Shown piece after piece: positions 43,303 to 55,300 of a stretch of 64,000 nt of DNA (within the stretch, counting starts at the first letter, position 1; every line of letters starts with the position of its first letter). The stretch comes from Mantamonas sphyraenae STR306 (Eukaryota; Protista; CRuMs): assembly GCA_026936335.1 (NCBI GenBank), contig JAPMXV010000068.1:299942-363941 (forward strand). Reading direction: 5' to 3'. The translations under genes and the position numbers were made by a program. The notes beneath the pieces are model-generated. The model ran no database searches and was not told where the DNA came from. It was given only the letters and a program-made list of their open reading frames with translations.

Positions 43303-46300
43303 ATGCGAAAAGAAGCATTGTTGTTGTTTCTGACAACACTGATTGCGTTGGGCAGATACACCAACGCCAATGGTGAGTGTTGGTGTCCCCCAAACGCCGT
43401 TGGGAGAGCGTTGGCGCGAAAGTGAAATTTTTTGCGCTTCTTCTCGAACTTCACGACAACCTGACATCTTCCGCGCCCTTGCCCCTGGACACCCGCCCCT
43501 GGACACCCCAGATCCCATTTCATCGCTAGAGACATCTATAATCTCACCGGAAAAGCAACTTTCGATTGAAAGACTGGCCAAAGAGGCACCTTCGGTTGCC
43601 ATCCTGGCACGCGTGATGCCGCAAATGCGCCTGGAGAAGTTCCACCGCACGACCACATCGCTCGCGGGCCAAGGGGAGCTGCGCATCGCAGGGACCAAGT
43701 TTGCCGTGCATGTTGACGTGAATGTGGCAAGTGTCGGCGCCAAGCCAACCATTGCTGTTCGCGTCCAAGGAAGTGTCGGTTTGTTGTTCGGGCCACTTTT
43801 TCGCGCGGTCGGCAATCCGTTGCAAGGTGTCCCGAACCTTACGTTGCAGCTTTCTTCCTCTGGAATCACCCTTGCTGGGTTGAATCTGGCGTCGATCGTA
43901 CCCAAGCACGTCGGGTTGCCCTCCATGCCCCTAGGATCGGTCCCCGTGAAACGGTCTGGAAACGGTTTTGAATTCGCTCTCCAACGGGAGCTCTCCATCA
44001 ACGTCGGCCCCATTGGGGTGAGTCATGTCAATGTGCACTTGTCGATCCCCAGTGGAGGAAAGACGGCTCTGAGTGTGAACCTGAAAGGTGAAGTCGCCAT
44101 TGGGGACACGCTCAAGGTGACGTCGATTGACCTTGCCACGGCGTATCCGTCGTGGAAGACTACCGGCTCCGCCGTGGTGCACTACCTGGATGCTGCAATG
44201 GCCACCAACGTACGTTTCCACTCCAAGGACAACTTTGAGTTTCAGACACGTGCTCAGGGGCCACCGGTAACGCTGAAAATGGGGACCGCGACCGTCAAGA
44301 TCAACTCGTTAGCGGTCAAGCGGGCCTCAGGCTCCTGGAGCTTGTCTGGCTCGGTGCAAACGTCCATTCCACCTGTCGTGAACGATATGGCTATGCAAAT
44401 GCGCATGGACACAGCGTCAAAGTTGGTGGAGTTGGCGGCCTCGGGAGAGAACATGGTGCAGATCGCTGGAGTTTCTGTTCACGAGGCAGCCATGCGACTC
44501 CATCGTGTAGACAACAAGCGAACGCAGTATGCACTGAACCTGACGGGCACGCTGGATGCCGGCAGTGCGTTTGAGGTGAAGCGTGCAACGTTCCAGATCA
44601 GCAACGGCGATGGATCGACGAGCGGATACAAGATTGGAGGCACGGCGCACATCCGTGTGCTGGAGGCGGAGGCGACGGCGGCAGTGTCGTACGAAGCAGC
44701 GAGCGCAGGCAACGGACAGACGATGCGTGTGCGGTATGTGGGTACGGGAAGCAACACCAAGTCGCTTGTGAGTGTGCCTGGAGCAGTGCGGTCGGACCTG
44801 GATCGCGTGGAGGTGGAGTGGAGCAAGAGCAAGGGAAGCAAGGCGTTGATCAAGGTGTCTGGACAGGTGACATCGTACATTGTGGCACTGGACGCGGGTC
44901 GTGCTGTGCCGATGCGCATGTCGTTTGATCAGGCGACGAGTGTGGTGGAGATGTCGACATCAAACTCTGGAGCGACGTTGCTGTCGTTTGTGGGAGTGGA
45001 CGTGACGGGTGTGCGTGTGCGCGTTGCAGGCGGAGTGAAGGCACGCAAGGAGGTGGACGTGTGGGCTGATGGACAGGCAACACTGCACTCGCAGCTTGCG
45101 CTGAAGCAGGTGAAGCTGCATGTGAAGAGCGGGGCGAACAAGGACGTGGAGGTGAAGGGCACGGGTGTGCTTGTGGCAATGGGCGAGTCGCTGGACGTGA
45201 AGATGTCGTATGTGCACGTGAACGCGAGCCGGGAGAAGCGACTGAAGATTGTAACATCAGAGAACGAGGTGGGAGCGAAGATTGTGCTTGGCGGAGCAGG
45301 GAATGTGGTGGTGAAGAAGATTGCGGTGGCCAGTGTGCATCGACCTGGACAGAAGGCGGTGTGGAGTGTGGAGGGCAAGGGCGAGATCAACATGGAGGTG
45401 TTGCACACGGCGCTGCACGCAGAGCTGCGGTGGAACTCTGTGACGCGAGTGTTTGAGTTTGAGGCAGAGAATGAGGAGGGACTGGTGGAGTTTGGCGGAG
45501 TGAAGATGACGGAGGCGAAGCTGGCGATGGTGCTGGAGCCTAAGCGTACTCAGTATGCACTGAACCTGACGGGCACGCTGGATGCCGGCAGTGCGTTTGA
45601 GGTGAAGCGTGCGACGTTCCAGATCAGCAACGGCGATGGATCGACGAGCGGATACAAGATTGGAGGCACGGCGCACATCCGTGTGCTGGAGGCGGAGGCG
45701 ACGGCGGCAGTGTCGTACGAAGCAGCAAGCGCAGGCAACGGACAGACGATGCGTGTGCGGTATGTGGGTACGGGAAGCAACACCAAGTCGCTTGTGAGTG
45801 TGCCTGGAGCAGTGCGGTCGGACCTGGATCGCGTGGAGGTGGAGTGGAGCAAGAGCAAGGGAAGCAAGGCGTTGATCAAGGTGTCTGGACAGGTGACATC
45901 GTACATTGTGGCACTGGACGCGGGTCGTGCTGTGCCGATGCGCATGTCGTTTGATCAGGCGACGAGTGTGGTGGAGATGTCGACATCAAACTCTGGAGCG
46001 ACGTTGCTGTCGTTTGTGGGAGTGGACGTGACGGGTGTGCGTGTGCGCGTTGCAGGCGGAGTGAAGGCACGCAAGGAGGTGGACGTGTGGGCTGATGGAC
46101 AGGCAACACTGCACTCGCAGCTTGCGCTGAAGCAGGTGAAGCTGCATGTGAAGAGCGGGGCGAACAAGGACGTGGAGGTGAAGGGCACGGGTGTGCTTGT
46201 GGCAATGGGCGAGTCGCTGGACGTGAAGATGTCGTATGTGCACGTGAACGCGAGCCGGGAGAAGCGACTGAAGATTGTAACATCAGAGAACGAGGTGGGA

Positions 46301-49300
46301 GCGAAGATTGTGCTTGGCGGAGCAGGGAATGTGGTGGTGAAGAAGATTGCGGTGGCCAGTGTGCATCGACCTGGACAGAAGGCGGTGTGGAGTGTGGAGG
46401 GCAAGGGCGAGATCAACATGGAGGTGTTGCACACGGCGCTGCACGCAGAGCTGCGGTGGAACTCTGTGACGCGAGTGTTTGAGTTTGAGGCAGAGAATGA
46501 GGAGGGACTGGTGGAGTTTGGCGGAGTGAAGATGACGGAGGCGAAGCTGGCGATGGTGCTGGAGCCTAAGCGTACTCAGTATGCACTGAACCTGACGGGC
46601 ACGCTGGATGCCGGCAGTGCGTTTGAGGTGAAGCGTGCGACGTTCCAGATCAGCAACGGCGATGGATCGACGAGCGGGTACAAGATTGGAGGCACGGCGC
46701 ACATCCGTGTGCTGGAGGCGGAGGCGACGGCGGCAGTGTCGTACGAAGCAGCGAGCGCAGGCAACGGACAGACGATGCGTGTGCGGTATGTGGGTACGGG
46801 AAGCAACACCAAGTCGCTTGTGAGTGTGCCTGGAGCAGTGCGGTCGGACCTGGATCGCGTGGAGGTGGAGTGGAGCAAGAGCAAGGGAAGCAAGGCATTG
46901 ATCAAGGTGTCTGGACAGGTGACATCGTACATTGTGGCACTGGACGCGGGTCGTGCTGTGCCGATGCGCATGTCGTTCGATCAGGCGACGAGTGTGGTGG
47001 AGATGTCGACATCAAACTCTGGAGCGACGTTGCTGTCGTTTGTGGGAGTGGACGTGACGGGTGTGCGTGTGCGCGTTGCAGGCGGAGTGAAGGCACGCAA
47101 GGAGGTGGACGTGTGGGCAGATGGACAGGCAACACTGCACTCGCAGCTTGCGCTGAAGCAGGTGAAGCTGCATGTGAAGAGCGGGGCGAACAAGGACGTG
47201 GAGGTGAAGGGCACGGGTGTGCTTGTGGCAATGGGCGAGTCGCTGGACGTGAAGATGTCGTATGTGCACGTGAACGCGAGCCGAGAGAAGCGACTGAAGA
47301 TTGTAACATCAGAGAACGAGGTGGGAGCGAAGATTGTGCTTGGCGGAGCAGGGAATGTGGTGGTGAAGAAGATTGCGGTGGCCAGTGTGCATCGACCTGG
47401 ACAGAAGGCGGTGTGGAGTGTGGAGGGCAAGGGCGAGATCAACATGGAGGTGTTGCACACGGCGCTGCACGCAGAGCTGCGGTGGAACTCTGTGACGCGA
47501 GTGTTTGAGTTTGAGGCAGAGAATGAGGAGGGACTGGTGGAGTTTGGCGGAGTGAAGATGACGGAGGCGAAGCTGGCGATGGTGCTGGAGCCTAAGCGTA
47601 CTCAGTATGCACTGAACCTGACAGGCACGCTGGAAGCCGGCAGTGCGTTTGAGGTGAAGCGTGCGACGTTCCAGATCAGCAACGGCGACGGATCGACGAG
47701 CGGATACAAGATTGGAGGCACGGCGCACATCCGTGTGCTGGAAGCGGAGGCGACGGCGGCAGTGTCGTACGAAGCAGCGAGCGCAGGCAACGGACAGACG
47801 ATGCGTGTGCGGTATGTGGGTACGGGAAGCAACACCAAGTCGCTTGTGAGTGTGCCTGGAGCAGTGCGGTCGGACCTGGATCGCGTGGAGGTGGAGTGGA
47901 GCAAGAGCAAGGGAAGCAAGGCGTTGATCAAGGTGTCTGGACAGGTGACCCTCTTTGTCCATCCGCTCGACCCTCAGCGTCCCATCCCGATGCGCATGAC
48001 GTTCGATCAGGCAGCAGGTAGGCTTCATCTGGAGAGCTCGAACAAAGGCAAGACTCTGGTGCAGCTGATGGGTGTGGACCTCACACGGGCCGAAGCCAAG
48101 ATTGATCTCGCCACAAAAACGTTCGACATCAAGCTGATGGGCCTGGCCAACCTGTGTCAGGATGTGTCGTTGACCAATGTGGTGATGCAACTTCGTGTCA
48201 ACCCAAAGTCGAAGCACATCGACATCGACGGAACGTCGGACTTCAACCTGTTTGGCAAAATCTCTGGGAAGGGCAAGCTCTCGCTGCAGGTCACGCCGGA
48301 AAACCGCGTGCTGACGCTGCATACAAGCGAAATGAGCACGGAGAAGCTATTCCGCCAAGATGGCGTCGGTTGGGTGGACGTCAAGTCGATGAAGCTTGTG
48401 TACACGGCGCCGCGCGGCCCGAGTAAGAAGGCTGGCAAAAAGGCAAACTGGAACTTGCAAGGAACAGCTGCAGCGAAGCTCGATGTGTTCTCGCAGCCCA
48501 TGACGTTCCGCCTGTCATTGGACACGACAACGCGCACCATCCATTTGCGCGGCGACGCCAAGGACATGAAGTTTCACCAGCTGGAGGTGCGTCAGATCCA
48601 CGGCACGCTTGTGTTGGCCAATCCCAAGACGCCACAGATGCACGTGGGCCTCGTGGTGGGCCTGGAGGTCAATGACGAGATCAAGGTTGACCAAGCCACC
48701 CTGGACATCAGCAACAAGGGCATGAAGACGCTGACGACGACGGGAACAGCCAAGATCACCATCATGAGTGCCAAGATCGATGCCACCGTGACGATGTCCA
48801 CGTCGAAACCTGCTGCAGGACAACGCACAACCACGATCACCCTCACTGCCAAGAACGGCCAGGTGAAACCACTGATTTCTGTGCCGGACGTGATGAGCGT
48901 CGATGTCACCAAAGCCAGCATTGTGATCCAGCGCACGGGCAAAAAGAACTCTCTGGAAATCGTAGGCGCAGCCAAGGCCTCTGTGAACGCCGTGGACAAG
49001 ACGTTTGCACTTGCCATGCGCTACAACACCAGCACGAAATCGCTGGAGTTCCCCTGCAAGGGCGCCACGACCTGTCCTCAGATCCCGACGAGCTTGATGG
49101 GCAAAATCCCGGGCGTGCCATACATGGATGCCCGCGTGGACAAGTTTGTCTTCAGCAAGGCTCGTGGCATGAGCATCGAGGGAAGCGCCGAGCTTGTCAA
49201 TCTGCCCAAGCAGTTGCGTCCAGTCCTCGGGCGCAAGCTGCTTCTGCACGGTTCCTTGTCCACCAAGGGCATTTCCGTCGTGATCGAGCCTGTGGGTATG

Positions 49301-52300
49301 CTCCTTCAAGCCACCATCCCCGACATTCCACTTGGTGACGGCAAGGTGATTCCCATGGGCCGCGTGGCGTTTGCGTTGAACCGCGGCCAAATCTCCTTGG
49401 CGGGAAAGAAGGATCTGTCGTTCAGCATGCGCCTCGGTGTCGGCTTGCCCTCCAAGATGAACTACGGCTTCTCTGTGGTTCGTGGAGACGGCGGATCCAA
49501 CACCGATTTCCGTGATTGTTGCACCGCGCGAACGACCTGGTGCCCACGCGCCGGAGTGACAACATGCACTCCGCGCTTCGCACCCTTCCTGACATGGAAT
49601 GGCACCAAGAGCTCGCTGTTTGAACTCGAGTTTGGGTTCAGCGTCAAACACGGAGTGTTCCTTCGCCTGCACAACTCGCCGCTGACGCTTCTGCGAAAGG
49701 TGACCGACAAGCATGGCGAATGGTTCGAATTGGAAATCCCCGAAGTGGTGCAGCTGCGCTTCCAATCTCCGGTGCTGGCCCTCAACGTGCGCCGCATGAA
49801 GTTTGAAGCCAAGGGTGCCATTTGGTTGAAGGATCTGCGGATGCCTCTGTGGCCGCTGGGTCAGCTGATGCGCCTGGCCGGACTGAAAAAGGTGGCAGAC
49901 ACCCTCCCGGACGCAATTCGCATCCAGGAAATCGATTTGATCAAGGGCCAAAAGGTGGGCATGAATCTGCTCAAGTACGTCCGCTCCGTCACCAACATGC
50001 CGATCCCTGGCGCTGTGGACATGGCCATCAAGGCGCTCGACTTTGTCAAGCTTGACAAACTGCCAAAGTCTATCCATCCGTACCTGAAGATTGGTGTGCC
50101 CACCAAGGTTGCGTTCTCTGTGCGTGTCGGCACGGACCAAAGCACCTCCTTCAACGTCGACTTTCTCGATTCGCCCATCAAGACGATCATCCCCCACTCA
50201 CTGACACAAGGAATGTTGGTGGGCATGCAAGTGGATGGATTCGGTCTGGGGCAGGCTCTGGGTGGCAACGCTGTGCTGACGGAATTGTCTTTCAAGTACA
50301 ACGTCATCCGCCTGCCCGAGCTGGCAGTCGGCCTCGCCCTTCCAGGCCCTTCTCTGTCGGGTCCTCGTTGTAACAAGGCGTTCAGCGACCCTAGATGCTG
50401 GGATTTCACACCTCTGCACATGGAAGAGTCGCTGGAAGCCAAGAACTGGCTCATCTTTTGGATCACCACGACTCAAGTGCCGATCCCAGTACCCACGTTC
50501 CACGACAAGATCAGCATGCGCTACCGCAACATCCTTGGTCTCGAGTTTGAGACGGGCACGTCGCTGCCGCTTCCGTCGGTAAGCCCGTCGGCACTGTTGA
50601 AGTTGATGCCGTCCGCGCTGTCGTTCTTCACCACCAAAAAGGCGATGTTGCCGACGTCTCTGCCGGGAGACATTGGGTTTTCCTTTAAGATTGCACGCAC
50701 GCACATCAAGCTGCCGCACTTTCTGGGAGGAGCGCGCCTGGGCAACCGAGAGCAAGACAAGCATTTGTTCAAGGTGGACACGTACACGGTGATTGCGCAC
50801 GTGGCCAACGCCATCAAACAGGGATCGCTGAACGGAGTGTTGAGCGTGGTGCCGCTGAAGCTCCGATCGGGCTCGATTCCGTTCAAATTTCTGCAATTTG
50901 ATCTGGGCCACGTGGCCTTTGCGATGATGACGGTGGAGGAGTGGGGCAACATGACGCGCGCCCCGAAGCTGAAGATGGCCTCGCAAGCAGCCTTTATGAA
51001 GACGTTCAACGCCCTGGACCCAGACGTCAAGAAGGAGCTGTCGTCGATTGTGCCGGATTCGTCGACTGCATCGACCAAGTCCAAGCAGTTCTCCATGGCA
51101 TCGTTCCTGCTGGGTCGATTCGCCGTGCCAGGGTTGTTGAATCTGAACCTCCAGTTTGGTTTGTCGGGTTTGGCGTCCAAGGGCATCAGCGGTGGCATGG
51201 GCTACCGCATCAACGGCGATGTGCTGAGTGGCCTGGTGTCGCTGCGCTCGGGCGGTCTGGTGCGCGTGCAGCTGGTGAAGGGCAAACCCGTGATCCTGGA
51301 GCTGAAGGGCCATCTGAATCTGCACGTGCAGGGGAAGGAGGTTGTGCAAGCGAGCGTGTTTTTCAACACTCGCGAAGGTTTGGGCTTCAAGGGCAAGTTG
51401 GACCTGCTGGATGTGAACAAGGTGGGCCTGCAGCTTGTGGGCAACATCCATGGATACATGGGACCGAAGCGATTCATGCTGGAGGGCCACGCGCGCCTGC
51501 TGGTGGCTGGATTGCGCACGCTGAACCTTGGTGCAGAGGCCAAGTTCCACCTGAGCAAGCGCGGTGCGTTCCTGTACGGCAAGCTGTTTGGCAAGGCAGT
51601 GGATTTGCGCATCGACATTGCCAACAAACAAGCGTCCGGCGAAACCAGCGCCGTTGGTATCAAGAACATCTTTTATGTGTCTGGCAAGAACACCAAGCTG
51701 GGAGGACCGCGCGTCGAGGCGGGCAAACGAGGCTTCCATCTGGACGCCGTGGTGAACATGCTGGGACTGTCCAACGCCGTGGACATGTCAGTGACGGATG
51801 AAGGCTTGCGCTTCAAGCTCGTGGGCAAGATCCTGAATGCTTTGGAGGTGGGTGTGCAGGTTCGGGCAAAGAAACCGACGCTGCAAAACCTGGCGTCTGT
51901 AAAGAGCCTGGTCAGGTTTCGCGCCACATCTGTGCAGGATATGATGAAGAGCCTCATTAGCTTTGCAGGCAAGGTGGGCGATATCCTAAAGGGGGCTGTG
52001 GCTGGAGCCAAGGCGGTGATTGGAGGCGCGAAACAAGCACTCGGGGCAACAAAGAAGCACCTGTCGGCGGTGTACGAGAAGGCTGCTGCGTCGATGCGTG
52101 CAGCCAAGCGCCACTTTGAGAATGCCCACCACAAGGTGAATGCGTTCCTGCGCAAGTTTGGCTTTGGGGGCTTGTTGGACAGCAACGACGGTGTGCTGGA
52201 CAATCTCGAAGACGGAACCGAGTCACAAGACTGCAAACTTTACAAATGGCACCATGACAGCGAGTCATGCCCCGAGGACGTGTCTGTTCACGGGTTTGGA

Positions 52301-55300
52301 GCAAGCCCAGAGGTGCAGGAAGCGCACAAGCGAGATGCAGACGAATTGCCCGTGCTGCGCGATGCGTTTGACGACATCGTGAAGCAGCACGTGCACATGC
52401 ACAGGGCGGAACAACGCGTTGTAGGCATGTATTTCACGGACGCGAAGCGCCGTGGAGAGGCTCTGCGACACGTGTTGCGGCAGGTACGTTTGCAGCCGCG
52501 TTTCCGTCGCATGGCGGAGTACCGAGATGCCCGTGCGTTGCTGGAACTGCATCACTTGGTGTCCGAGGTTCAAGAGAGCGTGGAGAGTGGCGAGAGCGAG
52601 GAAGTGATGGATTCGAACTTCTGGGGCCGTCGCATCTGGCGAGCTGCGCGTCGTGTTGTGCGACATGTCAAGTCGGCCGCGGAAAGGGCCTTGGATTCGG
52701 CGAGGAGTGTGTTGAACTCGTTGGGTGCACACGGTTTGTACCAGAGAGCGGTGACGTACGGTGGCTCGTACTGGATCAACACGATCCGCCGACTGGGTGG
52801 TTGGCTGTGGAACAAGCTGGTGCACTTTGTGCGCAGTCGCATGGCTGACCTCCGCCGTGCAGCTAGCTCTCTGAAGAACGGCTTCAATGCGGCGATGAAC
52901 CTGGCAGACAAGGCAAAGCGTGCGATCACCCACGCCGCGAAAGTGGTGGCTGAACAAGCACGCGTGGACAAGCTGGCCAAGACAATCCGGGATGGCGTGA
53001 ACGAACTGGCCGAATTGGCCAAGTTGCCAAAGTTTGCGCTGAAGACGCTTGCGTTTGAGACGACCATGGATGGGGTGCTGGACGCCAAGGTGAGCCTGCG
53101 CGTGGCGATGGAAATCAGCCGAGGCAGCAGGCGCATTCAGTACCAGAACTTTTTCCAGGTGCAGTTGAAGAAATTCCACAAGGACATTGTCAAGGTGATG
53201 CACCTGCTGGTGCAGGACGGTCTGAAGATGCTGGTGAAGGGCCAGTTTCCGCGCGTGCGCGGCGACATGGAGAAGTGCACTCGTAACCGAGACTGCAGCA
53301 GCTTCGTATGCGTGGCCACCGTGGGCAGCAAGCACCGGATCTGCAAACCTGAAGCGGGACTGCCGCTGGGATCGCAATGTGCCAAGGGACACTGTGCGCA
53401 GGGCACGTGCATGCAAACCGAGAGTGGTACACACCGTTGCGTGCGCCCGACAGGCAGCACGTGTCGTGCCAAGGGCCATTGCGTTGGTAAATGCTCGCTG
53501 GGCATGCGTCAGTGCATCCCAAAGAAGGGCGTGCACGAAGGTGCATTGTGCGCAGCCGACACGGATTGTGCCTTTGGGAACAAATGCTTGCGCAAGTCGA
53601 AGGACGCAGACAAGCGCTGTGTGGACGTGTTCCGCAAACCCAAGCTTGTGGCAAAGTGGAAGGCGATCGCAAAGGAACGCGAAGAAGAGTTGCGCCAGCA
53701 CACGCGCACCTGGGCTACGTTGGCCGCAGTGGCGTCTAACGGTGGCAAACAGGTCGTAAAAGAGTGTCGCTTGAAGCTGGAACGTCAGCTGCTGCGACAC
53801 AAGCTGGAGGAGGCTGAACACAGGGTGCGATTCAACGCGAATCAGCGTCACGTGGCAGAGCTCGCGCTGGCAAAGGCTGCATTGTGGAACGCAAACGCGG
53901 TGTCCTTGAAGAGGGAACAATGTGGAGCCATGGTGACAAAGGGAATGCGGTACGGTTTGGGTCACGCAATGGAGTTGGCCAAGGCGTACGCGGCCAAGGC
54001 AGCGTATGCCAAGGGGGGCAAGCGAGACGCGAAGCTACTGGAAGCATACAAGCGACACTTGGAAGCAGCAGCTGTCCAGCAACGCTGGCAAGCGGCGGTG
54101 TCCAAGAGCGGCAACGTGGTCGGCATGGCGTTCTGGACGGCAACGGTTGAACGTCTGAACAAGGAGTTGACAGAGGCACGCAGGGTTGTGGCTCGCCACA
54201 GTGGAACGTGGCGTACGATCTACTACTACAAGTACATGTCGGTGAAGGAGAAGGTACTGGAGGCACAGGCACTGGTGCGCTTCAACGCGGACACGCGAAA
54301 GAAGCAGGTGCTTCTTATGGCAGAGTCGCACGCCACACAGTCTCAATCGTACCTGTACCACTCGCGACACACAATGTACGGCTTGCACGTGTTCCGCGTG
54401 CTGGCGCTCGAGTACTCTGCCTCTGCACGGCTAGCTCGGGCAAAGGCGGCTGTGGAGTCGGCTACCGCAGGCAATCTCGCACGAGAACGCTCAAACGTGG
54501 CGAATGCAAGGCAGTACATGGCAAGCCGAAAGCGACAGGCCGCTTCGTACCGCAAACACTATGACGAGCAGTGTTTCGTGAAGTGGCAGGCAGTGCGTGC
54601 TGCAGCTGTGAAGGAGCAGGCCGAGCACAATCTCGAGTGGCGCAGGTGGAGCAGGTTCTCGGCATGGTGGCGTGTGCGTGCGGAGAAGGATCTCGCAAGT
54701 GCTGCTGCGGAAAAGCGCAACGAGGCTGACCACATGTCGCGCTACTGCGCCAACACGACGAGCACGTTCGACAAGCTGATCGCAGGCTACCACCGCTTCA
54801 AAGCATTGCAGTACAAGGTGCTGTCGACGTACAAGCTGTACGCACAGAGGCCTGTTGTGTTGAAGATGAAGGCCGACTTGCTGAACGCACAAGCGTTTGT
54901 GTGGCACGACAAGGCGTACAGTTTGAAACATTCGTACTATCGTGCGCGTCTCCCCACATGGCAGGCGCGCGTGAAGCAGTACCAGGCTGGGCTTGACCGT
55001 TTCGAGAAGTTGTACGTGCAGCGCAAGCTGTTGCCTGCGCTGCAAGCGCAGGTTGCGATGTACACGGACCGCGTGCACGCACTGAGGTATGCGACTCGCT
55101 TGCCCAACGGGCTGGAACGCAACATCAAGATGTCGCTGTACCGCATGGAAGACCAACGCATGCAAGAGGCATTCTCCAAGCTCATGTTTGCGTACGACAA
55201 ACGCAACCACGTCCACGGCCACCAGTACGCGCAGTACCACCACAATATGGCACTGTATGAGAAGTGGACGGCAGAGTGGTACAAGTCGTCGCAAGCGCCC

